A stretch of DNA of 64,000 bases, taken from contig JAAPAO010000080.1 in NCBI GenBank assembly GCA_013115145.1, positions 1 through 64,000 of the forward strand, written 5' to 3'. The DNA comes from Perkinsus chesapeaki ATCC PRA-425. Lineage: Eukaryota; Protista; Perkinsozoa. The notes under the pieces were generated by a model, which was given only the letters and a program-made list of their open reading frames with translations, was not told the origin of the DNA and made no database searches. Position numbers and translations under genes: made by a program. The stretch's first letter is position 1; each line of letters begins with the position of its first letter. Below are positions 21,775-33,740 of the stretch, piece after piece.

Positions 21775-23610
21775 TCATTGGATAAGAATATACGTCCAAC
21801 CGCCACTCCTAGTACAACCTAAAGCCACCAAAGTCTGCTGCATCACAACAACTCCCAGTAGAAGCACTACAGAGAGGAAAAGCTCCGCTGAATATGTCAT
21901 AGCGACAAGCATTGCCATATATGCCAATATTAAATTGATTGAGAAAAGCAATACAAGAATCATCTTCCCTCTGAGGGTCGATCGGCTAGTACCTGACAAC
22001 AGACTAGGATTGAACCTGGCGTGGCGCTTACTTAGACTGTTCTCGGTTCTCTTGCGCAGTCTCATGGATGCCTCTGCGACTATACCGAGGCAGAATACGG
22101 CCAACATTCCCAAGGCGAACTTCAAGCGGGTATTCAGAACTAGGGGGTGAAGGAAGAGAATGATGCAAGTGCGGTGCTCCGACCAAAGGAACCTTCCAAG
22201 CAGGTAACACAGCAAAGCGCCGGCGGAGCAGCAGCAGCGCTTACTGAAAGCCTGACATAATCATATCCGTCGAACTTTCACAGAAATTATCCTCCTTAAC
22301 TGTTTCTTCGGCGGTGACATCGATGGAGCTGATCCCCGGCGGGCACCTGAGCTGCAGTAAAGGCCGAGAGTACAGAGAAAACACATGCCTCAGAGCGCAG
22401 TCCGGGTTCATCTTTCCCGGGCTCATATCGCAGAGGTCCGACTTGCGGAAATCCCAACAAACAGCATTCTCCGCCGGGCATCCTTCAGGAGGGGTCATGC
22501 ACCTCAGCCAGCAGTAGACCTGTCCTGAGGCATCCACGAGCAAAGGTTATTGGCATCTACCTGTCCAGCTGCACACTGGCTCAGCATTCTCCGTGATTGG
22601 AACGCCTGAGGTGCCATGAAGAACTGCTGATAGGCAAGACCGGCAGAGTTGATGGCTGTTGGAGGAGCCATCATCATTCGCCCGAATACAACTCTGGGCC
22701 CGGACGAGCCATCAGCAGGTACAACAACCTGAGCGATGGATGGCGAGTTGCCGAGCTAGGCTTGGCACCTTATGAAGGGCAGCGGTGACGTCGATGCCTG
22801 GGGCCAACCAAGACCGAAGTGCCTCACCAAAAATAACAACCAGGGAGTCGCCAGTTCCAGGCAGCTCCACGGGACCTTCCGCGAAATGTAGGGCTTTATC
22901 GCCTAAGCAGATACCGACTGCTACCATAGGAATGCTGCTGGAGCTGACCTCTTGGCAAGGACAGAAGAAGGAACAGCCCCATGTCGGCGTGCATCTCCAC
23001 AGGCTCCTCCTTCTCCACTGCATCTCCGCTGCTGCTGCTGCTGCTGTTGACAGGCTTCTTATACAGATTCCAATGGTCAAGATGATGCCGTCCACCATCG
23101 ACCGCGATAATCTCGGCAAGTCTGGATAACCGTTGCCCGACCTCAAGCGTCACATGAGGTTCATAGTCCCCTACCAACAGGGTAACATCCAGCTCCTCGG
23201 CTAAGCGCTGCGATACCTATCAAAGCTACTACCATTCCAGAGACTTAACGAAAGTTCACCTTTTGCATCACAGAATCGACCGTGAGAATGTCTGTCAGTG
23301 AAAGACAGTCCGGGACTTGCGAGGTTTCCCCGGCATATAGAGCCAGCGTTTGCTTCGTCTCATCGCGGAAGCCAAAAATAGTCTCTTTGCATTCAGTCGT
23401 TAATTGATTAGTAATGCGTGCTCTAGCACTGGTGAACTCAGCGGGGATGCCCGTTACTATAAAGGTGCCTCTTGTCAAGGCTGCCTTATCAATGGCTGCC
23501 CCGTGGCCTATACTACCGTACTCTACTATACTGCCCCAGCTGGCCTTTACGGCCAAGGTGATACCCAACAGGAGGCGCCGTCCTGTTGCATGGACCATGA
23601 AAAGTAGCAA
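21775..23610 (-). CDS. Ctr copper-transporter family protein with N-terminal signal peptide, 2OG-Fe(II) dioxygenase-like domain and Cys-rich linker
   Basis: Ctr TM2 motif LAYMAMLVAMTYS (MxxxM) and TM1 KFALGMLAVFCLGIVAEA. Upstream exons encode MHADMGLFLLL, SLVVIFGEALRSW and ALHKV (HxD...H) plus CWLRC/CP/CWD. Exons are joinable by short introns, one of them only ~31 nt. Confidence 0.75.
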
Positions 23611-23750
23611 AACTAGATACTGAACAGCATCAGCTCACCCTGGCATTGATATACTTAACAAAACGCTGTAGATGAGCGGTGAGACTTGGTGAAAGCTGAA
23701 GGGGACGTGAAGGCTATAATGTAACAGGATGTAAGTCAACTTGAAAAGGA

Positions 23751-26700
23751 TCATAAATCGCTCAACGAAGATACAAAACATGTCGGGTCGAAGGCTCTAC
23801 CGCCGGTGCTTCCCGCATCGCTCCTGGCATCATCAGAGTCTCTTCTCGGCCTAGACATCCACTGGATAAGTCGATAACTAGAACCGAGACGCTGGAGCAG
23901 CATAAGTGTCCCCGGAACATGGATCAGAGACTCCAATGTCTCCTCGGGGACAGATCTGGAGGGGCCTACCTGAAGAGGATCTGATTTAGACATACATCAC
24001 TCGGGCATTGCTCTAGCATCAGTAAAGTCCTCGTAATAAAGTACTTGGTAGTTATACCAAGATGTCATATCGTTTAACGATAGCACAGAATATTACATAG
24101 ACCTTACCAAAAATTCTGATATTAAGAATTAGTTACACCGTGACGCGCCGAGGCTGCCAGGAGGTCGTAGCCTACCTTCACTTTACGGATAACCTCCGAT
24201 GGCCAGTCAATTTCAATATCAGCCAGGATCTCTGTGTCTTCGTGCCATACGATTCTGTGAGTCTGGCGCACTTGCCCTTGAACAAGGCAGTAACGTGGCG
24301 AAGACTCTCCTCTTGCGGCTCTGAGAGAGGAATTGTCGAGAAGGGGCGCCACCGATCAACCCATCACCCTTTTTCTGCTGCTGGCAGGCCTTGGCAATTG
24401 GCGGCCAGTAAGTAGTAAAGCTGGTCACGATCGAAACCAACAGGGCCTACTAGAGGCTCGCTCAACCTGGATTGCTGACAATAACACAAAGCCATGCAGT
24501 CGAGGGTCTACCCGTTGTTATTCCCGAGAAGTATAGAGCCTGCTGGCCACGATCTAGCCAGGGTGCCCGAGCAAACAGCAGTGCCAAGCTGGAAAAGAGA
24601 CACTCATCGGGCCAACGAATACTAGGGGGAACTACCTTCCCTGTGTGGTCCATGAAGATGCACTCTTTCTTGTCCTGTGGTCCGTATGCATAGGCGATAA
24701 TCACAGCTTCGTCACTTTGCAGCTGAGGCGACTGTCTTGGCCGAGATGGAGCACTCTGGCAATGGAGACTCTCATTAATTACGTGGCGAGTGATAAAATT
24801 AGGTGTCCATGCCGGGTGGTAATCAAATTAGAGCCCCGAGTCAACGGCTCAGCTAAGTCATACCGGATCCCCCTCTACTACCCGCAATGCATGCCTCTGA
24901 AGCGGCCCGCTACTCGACATAACATGACGCCTTTGGACCTACACGAGGAAGCCCATCCAAGGAGGAGAATCGCCGTTGTCCCACTGATTGTGCCGTCTTG
25001 GGAGTGACCGACCTCCTCGCCGATGGAAGCCTGCCGAAGGAATGCCTACCGCGAATGAAACTCCACCTACCCAGTCGACATGGACCTCCACGACGCGTCC
25101 AGTGGCTTGCTAGTGTGTTGGGCCGATGATGGCTTGGAGCTCTCGAGCTGAGACTGCAGCCTGAGGAAGAGCCGCTCTCGGATGGGTTGCATCAAACTGT
25201 CCCACCCTTTCTTGATGAGCTCGAGCTCACGTAAGGCTTCTCTGGCGAAGGTTGCCTAGAGTATGATGACGCTCCGACAGTAACAGTTGATAGTCCTACA
25301 GCTAGCTCGGCCCTCTCCAACATATCGCTGACACTACTCGAAGACGGTGACAGCAACGTCATTTACTAGTTTGGCAAATCACTGAGATATTGACTGAGCT
25401 AAGCAACGCAAGCCGGCAGAGAGTGCACAAAGGCTGCATCAAGCAAACATCATTCCTCTTACCACAGAAGACATGTCACTACAGGGTACGTAAGGGGCAT
25501 CACTATTGGGAGTGCTCAAAGGCCGAGATGAAAGTGCTCTACACGCCTCGATGCTACCGGCTTTGCGGGCTATGTCCACCGCCGTTTCGCCGTAACTATG
25601 CCCAAGAACCACACATCCGCGAGGACACCCCGGCGAGGGGTGATGAAAAGTGCGGGGGAACACACAGTTCGTAAGGCCCTACCTGTTCCTCGTTGAGACG
25701 TCCGCCCCGTATTGAAGCAAGAGCTCCAACATTGGTAAAGACTGGTTCCTTCGACATGCTATCATGAGAGGCGTATCCAGCCAAATATCTTTGCGGTTGA
25801 TATCAGCCTTAAGCCTGAGCAATCGATACTGAGGAGCTCCAAGTGAAAACTTATAATACTTTAGAAGGGTTTCCACTGTTCGAACATGACCAGCGTTCAC
25901 GGCGACAGCAAGTGCACTGGAACCGAGGGAATTCGTGGCCGCTACCTAATGACCAGAACATGATGAGGCGCCTAAATATCGAGATTTCTGCTACTGTGGC
26001 ACCCCTTTGCACGAGCAACTTGCACATCTCTGAATGACCTTCAGCGGCCGCCACCAGTAAAGGACTTTGCCTCGTGCGATCTTGGATGTTAGGATCAGCC
26101 TTCGCATCAAGAATCTTGCGCATCTGAAAGAATCCCGCAATTGCACAAACCCTCTCTCATCTATCCAGGATAGACAATTTTTGTGTTCTATACCACACTT
26201 CGCACAACTCGTAACCTAACTAGGCGTTGAGGGGACAACAACCCTTGTCGACTGTACTCGAACAGGATCACTTATGTAGAGATTTCCTTTCGTTCACAAG
26301 AGTACTCTTGACAAAACCCTAAACCGTGATGATGATATGTATACCACATCCACTCGGAGGTTTAGTCCACAGTAATAATAATTGTGCGACTTCGATGAGT
26401 TTAATACTTCAACAGAAGTTACGGATGTTGGTAATACTGAGCGGTTAACAATTAATCAATAAATTTACTTTTCGATTATCTTAATTCCGCAATGGATTAA
26501 CGGTGGCTTTTCTCTCATCAATTAGCCATATTATATTTATAATTTATCATCCTACATAATATATACTGTATGTTTTTTATAGTAAGTCTCTATAACGACA
26601 AGTATGTTTTTCTTATGCCTGTTGGATATAGTCATCATACACAGCGGCGATACGCCTGGTAAGTAGGGTATACGATCAGAAAACTTATTGACTAAGAGAC

Positions 26701-27473
26701 GATTGTGGTTGATTGGATTGAACATCAGCAAGAAGATTAAACACGTACGTCTGTGATATTCCCAGTTCTTGCCGCGTTGTTGATATCTTCAAATGCGATA
26801 CTTATTTTTTGAGACCCTTCTTCAACGCTACTGTCTGGTTGTACGAGAACAATCCTCCCGGTATGCACGTCATGATCAGGTAGCTGCGAGCTGAAATAAG
26901 AGTTATGGCATTCAACTGTGATCATCTAACGCTAAGTAGGATTCACCTTCGTAGATCACAACAAACCAAGTGCAAACAACAACCGCGTCACAAGGACTCT
27001 GCGTATTGATAAGACCAAATTGGAATCCGGCGCCGTGCGAGAACATACATCCATTCGCTCGGTACTCGTAGAGGTATACAAAAATCACACGGCGTTCCCG
27101 TTCTGGAGAACTGGTAATCCAGTGGGTCGTGATAATTCGCTTGTAGCATCTTGGCTTTAGCCGTTAGTAGTGAACCTACGAGCGAGACTGCTCTCTATGG
27201 AGCTGTTTGCTATCTAGCACGATACGCTAAAACTAGCGTATCCCAATGAATAACAGCTGGTGACTGGCTAGTGATCTTACCCGAGAAAAACTTCGGTTCA
27301 CTATCAGCTAGGTCAAATGCAGCTGGTTCAAGCGTAGATAATCTGACGATCCCAGACGGGGGAGAATCATACTGGGTGGCTTTACATCTAAACATATAGC
27401 CCGTTTTCGGGTGCTTCTGGGCTGGGTTTACCGTAGGTGGGGATCCGCAAATTTGGCGAGAATTAGTGACCAA
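23751..27473 (-). CDS. multi-exon ankyrin-repeat protein
   Basis: INNAARTGNITD|MRKILDAKADPNIQDRTRQSPLLVAAAEGH and DTPLMIACRRNQSLPMLELLLQYGADV. Both ends uncertain. Confidence 0.7.
26189..26454 (+). repeat. 266-bp direct repeat, copy 2
   Basis: Partner of 21360-21625. Confidence 0.95.
26247..26447 (+). ncRNA. U3: U3 snoRNA (copy 2), antisense within an intron
   Basis: Identical to copy 1 except at two positions (26280, 26372). Confidence 0.85.
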
Positions 27474-29241
27474 AGCTCGGCTGCGCTTCCTGTATTACAC
27501 ACTTGCCGAAATGCCGAAAGATCGACGTACCTAACCCGAAGTAAAGCCGTGAAGGAACCGAGGACACTCACATGAAAAGGTAAGTGTAGTCATCCCTGTA
27601 GCTCCTCCCCAGGCGCCTCGCACTACTGGTTAGGGCCGTACCAGTAGACAGATGATAAAGAACTACAGTTCCACCCAACGGGAAGCACTCGCGGTACCTG
27701 TGCCGGAGTGTTCAATTCACACTTGTGCACCAAGGAAGTCAGTTACTCATAGCCTAATGGTAGCTCACTGTCAGCAACTGGCCTTAGCAGCCTGCGCGGC
27801 TCGACTGTTCGTGAACGACTATTCTCGAAGTAGCAGTGGAGATGGCGCGGTCGAGATTGGTGTGATATATGCGCCCGCATGGTTTCGAAAACGCAAGTCT
27901 CTGAAAGTTTAGCCTCTGCCTTTACTTTCCCTCACCCAGATCGCCTCTCCCAATGAGACCGTACTAGTTAATCAACTCAATACACACTTGCGGGTTTCTA
28001 GCAGAGACGACTGCGTTGGAAACCAGGACTACAAATAATCCATAAATAGGACTACCATAGAAGCGGAAATTACAGAACAATTTTCGACTGCAATTTATTG
28101 CCGTCACATCCGCCTAGCATTCCAATGAACTATCTGCTAGCTGCCAGCTCTCCCGGGGACAGGTTACAGAACCCTGATGGATAGAGATCTACAGCATGCG
28201 TCGAATCCAACGATCGACGGCCTCTGTGTAGGAACCAAGCCTAGGAATGACTCATTGTCAACGCATGCTGCTTTTCGGGACCGAACTCATAAATTCAGGC
28301 TATAGCAGCGCTGAATGGCCATGATACAGATAAGATGACCAACAAACTCATAGAGGACTGGATAGTCGTACAGAACTTCCGCTTCCATCGCAAAGAAAAT
28401 AGGAAACGATGATGATGACAGTAGGACGACAGCTCAATCATTTGGGCATCGGTAATAGAGGATTCTCACAGATTCCTCAGCCTCAAATACCGAGTTACTT
28501 TTACGGCATTCACACACATCCAGGAAGCGCGTGGCTCCTGCAGCAGTGCGCTCCAATGATAACATTACACGGCTTTATACTAGTGAAAGAATTGAAGGAC
28601 CGTCAATGGTACAAAATAACATTATAATTAGCCCTTCGGTCACACGGGAGACACGATAACTACTCATTCGTGCCCATGATGATGTACAACATTACAAATA
28701 AGGCGTGGGACTTGGACAACATCTAACCGATTACTGTAATACAGCGACGGTTAAACAGCAGAGGAAAAATAATCCGCATATAAGCAGCAGGCTGCAAGCC
28801 CACTCAAGCCTACAAGCGGTAGAGGAAAATCATTATCCACGAGCACTAGTATGCTCAATGTCACCTATCTAAACAACTAGGTCTTTTATAGATGACGACT
28901 TGTACTGCTAGTTCATTGGGTCACGAGTACTAGAGGCTGGCATTAAAGCAGTAGTAGATACAATGAGCATAGCGTGTCGCCTTTGCCGTAGATAATAGAC
29001 TACTATATGATGATTGTGTCAAGATAGACAAAGTATGTCAAAAAATGGGAACAGCTCCTTCATTATCGTGCATCATCATCGTCATTCAATAGAAATTACT
29101 CATTCGTCAAATCTAAATCACATCCCATAGCTTCCATCCTAGCTAAAATATCCTCATCAGAATCACAGTTACAATCTTCTGTGTCACATCTTCCTTTCTC
29201 CCTAATAGACTTTATACATACTACAACCAGAACTCATCAAC

Positions 29242-30209
29242 TCACCCTTTTAACCGACGGTAAGAGGATGTAGCTGATGCTGCAGCACGATATCCACGTG
29301 AACTACTCCTGTCTGGTAGACTATCCATATACTCTTCCAGATCGTAAATAGTCTCAGATCTGGTGCACCACTTTATATTGATTCTCACACCAACTCCCCT
29401 CTCCCACCTTTCCCTTCCATATCGAGGCCGAGAGGGCTCAGTTCCCATGAGATGAGCCATCTCCTGGAGGTCATCAGGAGATGAGTAGGTTTTATCACGC
29501 AGTGCCGAATGACCGTCAAAGTTCTTCAAGACACATTCTGATCAAAGTAAGCATTAAAACAATTTCGTCCATTCGACGAACCTGTCTCAAGAAGGATTCC
29601 CTGCCATTCAGTTGGTTCTCCATAAAGTGACAATTCTTGGTCGGCCACTACACCATCCCGTGGGAAAAGGTTTTTAGATTCAGAGAATGGTGAAAATGAA
29701 CGGGACGGCGGCTTCGACTCATCAGAATTGCTTTCTGCTCTGATGCAGAAACGAACGCGAACAGTGGGTTCGAATCGCACGCTTGACTTAAGCGAGAATG
29801 CCCCCACTGAATGACGGCTCTTGGCGGGGGGAGATGACGCTACAGTGGACGGACTGAATACAAAGATGGCCATGATCAATATTTCATCGCCATTGTTTTA
29901 TTACGTTTTGTCCGCACAGAAAGACAACCATCCATCTTTGTTGCAGCAGCAGGTACACTCTTCTATAGGGCTCTCATCTGAAATAGGACGATACTCACCA
30001 AGCAGTGGACCACCTGAACCGACGCTGCCAGACTTCTTCAACCCCAATTGTTCCGTCGAAATGCCCTCCCTATTCTCCCTTACCATTAGATATCCAAAGT
30101 CCCTTGAGTTGCACCATATTACTATCATTATCGAATGCCTTGGCAGGTCTCCTATAATGAGCAGATGACATGACGCAACATTAACAGCGGCAGGCATTAC
30201 ATTGCACAA
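29242..30209 (-). CDS. hypothetical lineage-specific protein, possibly secreted
   Basis: Three consecutive minus-strand ORFs with a hydrophobic N-terminus. No known motif. Confidence 0.35.
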
Positions 30210-30678
30210 TCGCCTATCTCGTCAGTGAACCGGCGGGCTTTTACGTTAGACTTCCAATAAGACGAAGAAGACGGCAGAATGGATGACTTTATTAATGTGG
30301 AATTTGCTTCTTGGGAAAGCATGACATCACAATGGATTACGCAACACAAGCGACAAGATCATGCGCGCGCGTTCGGCAATTTAGCGCGCGCCCAGTTGAT
30401 CGATTTCCACTAACACCACAATTGACTGCGCAAGCCTATTAGTTCAGTGTTCCGAGGGGGTTGATAATGGACATTATCTTGGATGACGGGCATAACCGTG
30501 TAAGCAACTTGATAGTAGTAGTGATAATAAAGGATACAACAACAACGCATAGAAACGGCGGCTTGGGGCGGCAGCAGCGGCGGCGAGGCATCACCAACAA
30601 CAGCAACATTCGAAGCCGTGGTGGGCGACGTGGCAATGGCACTCGCTGCTCCGCGCAGAGCTACTGAACAGCAACACC

Positions 30679-33488
30679 TTAAGAGAACTCCTTAACCGGG
30701 GCCGTCTCCTGCCAGAACCGACGGAAGAAATCGAAGAATTCGGCTGAGGTGCTGACCTTGTACCTAAACGACGGCAATTCACAGGCACGCGGATGAGTGC
30801 TTGCATTGTTACGGTGTAGGGTTGATTGGACGGAGATGGTCCTTTCTAAAGGTCTTCCTCGTTTTATTGAAATGCTCCTTTGCACTGTGGATGTCCGGGC
30901 GATCGTTATCCTTTGTGCGAGGTGACGAAGTTAGATGAACTGCCTTGCCTGAGGATGACAAACGACGACGACGGCGTGCAATTTCTTCACAGTGCGATTA
31001 ATCATACCATTTTTCCACACGCAGATCAGCAGAGGCTCCACCTTCCTTGGAGTAACGTAGCACCTGCATCACACGCCAATGAGAACAGTCCCGGGTTCAA
31101 GGAAGGACAGGTACCTTTTTTGTTCGTCGAATAAGTGCCGGCAAAATACCTTAGTATCCGGCTGGGGCTTGGGCTCCTCCTCTCCCTGCATAATGTCCAG
31201 TATGGCCATGCCATCCTGACCGTACCTACCAACACCCACCATCAGCTACTAACAAACAGCAACAACTCCGTACAAACGGTAAACTGCTTTCCTGGACGGA
31301 ATGCCCTGTTTGACGAAGTCCTGGGACAGCTTCATCCGCGGTTGACCATTGAGTTCCACCAGCTTGTATCTGCACCACAGCAGCAGCAGCCTAATACCAC
31401 GCTGACTATCATGACTTCTTACACCATGCCGAGAGCAGGCTGTGCTTGGCAGGTAACGAGATTGGTACCGATACCAAATGAATCGATGGAATGTGGCTGG
31501 TCATGCAGTGACAGTAGCACGGCCTCATTGATGTCGTTGGATGCGACAATACGCGCTAACAGAGATAACAAAATACAAAGCGATCATCGTTTAGCGCATG
31601 GGTAAGCTCACATCGGGCGATGAACTGGAACCCTTCATCGGCGAAGGCATCAGCAGCGGTAGAGAACACCTCTCGAGCTCTCATACTCAGGTACCTGATG
31701 GTAGCGATCATGTGATGACGTTATGGTCAAATATCCTTGAGTCCTAAATTTGGTAATCGAAGCGCTAGGCAACTGCAAACCGCCAAGTGAGAAATATCCA
31801 GCACGATTTTGATGTATCCTCTGAACTCTCTCCTCTCATCAACATATGTCGGCGACTGACAATGTCACTGCGCCACGAAACTCCGACTTACGCAAGATCG
31901 CCGCTGTCGAGCCGAATGCCGACAGCTTGGATTTTGGCGAACCTCCAGAGACCGAGAGCAACACTGAGGTAGTTGGGTACACCGGATACGATGGTCTCAT
32001 AGGTGTCAACCAGCGCCAGGAAATTAGTAGGAAAAGCTTGGGCGTAACGGATGAAGGCCGCAAGCTCACCGTCATTACAGCAGTTGACCTGAGAAGAAGA
32101 ATCTAGTGAGAACGAAATGGAGGACCTACATGGAAGCCGATAGCTTCACATAGCTCCTCTCGGGCGCTGATGCAAGCTTGCTCAAATTCATGAGTGTTCA
32201 CCTTTGCCGACAGGGAATTGACTGAGGAATGATGCCGCCGTAATGCAGCGTAGCAGTATTACGATCAGGAGACTTCCTGGTGTCCTCCTCGAGATCGTCA
32301 AGGGAATGGAAGCTATTAACAAAGGCGTGTGCGTGAGTGCCGGCAATAGGGATGCCAAACACGTTACCAGCCTTCACATTCGAGGTACCTGGACCACCAC
32401 CGCGGTGAAATGCAGCAGAAGGCAGTCCGATGGGAAGTACCGTCGAAGCCACCGACATAAGCGTAGCGGCTGGCCGTGAGGGCGGCGTCGGGGCCTTGAG
32501 CTCGTCGAGCGCCGAACTCTAAAAGCTGGGCGTCATCGCCTGCTACGATACGGAAGCGAGCAGCTTGTGTCGCCACCTGAGGAGACCGAAAATGCCGGCA
32601 ACAAGTCCCGAAGGAGCCGCGAGTACCAAACACGGGAAGTTGACGAGGTTAAGAATAGCCGTCTCCATCAGCTGGCAGACAATGAGGGGGCCGGACACCC
32701 GCAGCACTGGCTCACGGGGGAAGACAAACTGATCGAAAACAACTGCTCGAAGGAGGCGGGCTACACCGGAATGTTGCTACGTCGCCTTCTCGGACGGCGT
32801 CAATAGTTACATCACTAGCGTCGAGCGTTAACAGATACTGGAAAAAATCTGGGTCGGCTTCGGGCATTTGGCTCTGTAAGGGAGTAATGAACCACACATG
32901 GCAACGTCCACCTTACCTGGAGATAGTCGATGTGAAGTTGAGTGAATCGGAAAGTATTTACATATCTCACTACCTCATCGATACCTATATCAACAACAAC
33001 TGAACATGGGGAAGGCTGCCGCCGTAGGCGCTACCGGCACAGACTGTGAATTCGCCACCGAATGGACACTTGCGGAAATAGGCATCGAAAACGGCATGCT
33101 CCTTATCTTTACCAGCTTTCCTGATGAAGACGAAATAACGGCGAGAATGGGTGAGTAAGGCTACCAGTAGGCGTAGGCCATCGTGATCTGATATAGATCG
33201 GTGAAAGTGGCCTCGATGATGTCAGAATGAGGTTCGCCCATCTGACTGTCACATCGACAGCGAGAGAAAGCATGACCATCACAAGCTGAGAGGACATCTT
33301 ATCAACCTCTTCAGTATCTTCCAGCTTCAAGCTAAGATATCCTTACGAGATTCGCACGCTGCATAACCCCTTGCAATATAGGAGCTGCTTCTTTCTCGAT
33401 GAGCTTCTTCCTCTTCCTCCGTCCCACAGCTCCCTTTAAGACCGGGGATCTGCAGCTCGGCTTTACCCTCGCTCACTGGTGTTGACAT
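30679..33488 (-). CDS. NAPRT: nicotinate phosphoribosyltransferase
   Basis: Spliced motifs [103 protein letters not shown] and C-terminal YKVSTS...APVKEFS*. Confidence 0.93.
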
Positions 33489-33740
33489 AGTTTGCGGCAT
33501 TGCTGGTGATATAGATCAATCGACCGTCGACAAGGCGGCGGAATATAAAGGGACGGTGGCTACTGACTGAAGCACAACTCCTCCTTCATGAACTACAACT
33601 CAACACTACCGCCTTTACTTCATAAAATAATAATTCGGTTAACTAGGAGCAATCCCCTTAAGTGCTCAGAGCTCTACACCGTACGTAGTCGGGGAACTAC
33701 TTGTACTGCCGTCATCCATGGTGTCAACTAACCACCGTCA

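Noticed and set aside
21360-26454. 266-bp direct repeats as LTRs of a retrotransposon
   Set aside because: No TG...CA ends, PBS, or gag/pol between them; the content is a U3 gene.
30363-30391. (GC)4 pair forming a small hairpin or Z-DNA candidate
   Set aside because: Too short to distinguish from chance or an ordinary promoter feature.
30880-31605. Plus-strand ORFs of 84 and 156 aa
   Set aside because: Shadow ORFs antisense to NAPRT exons.
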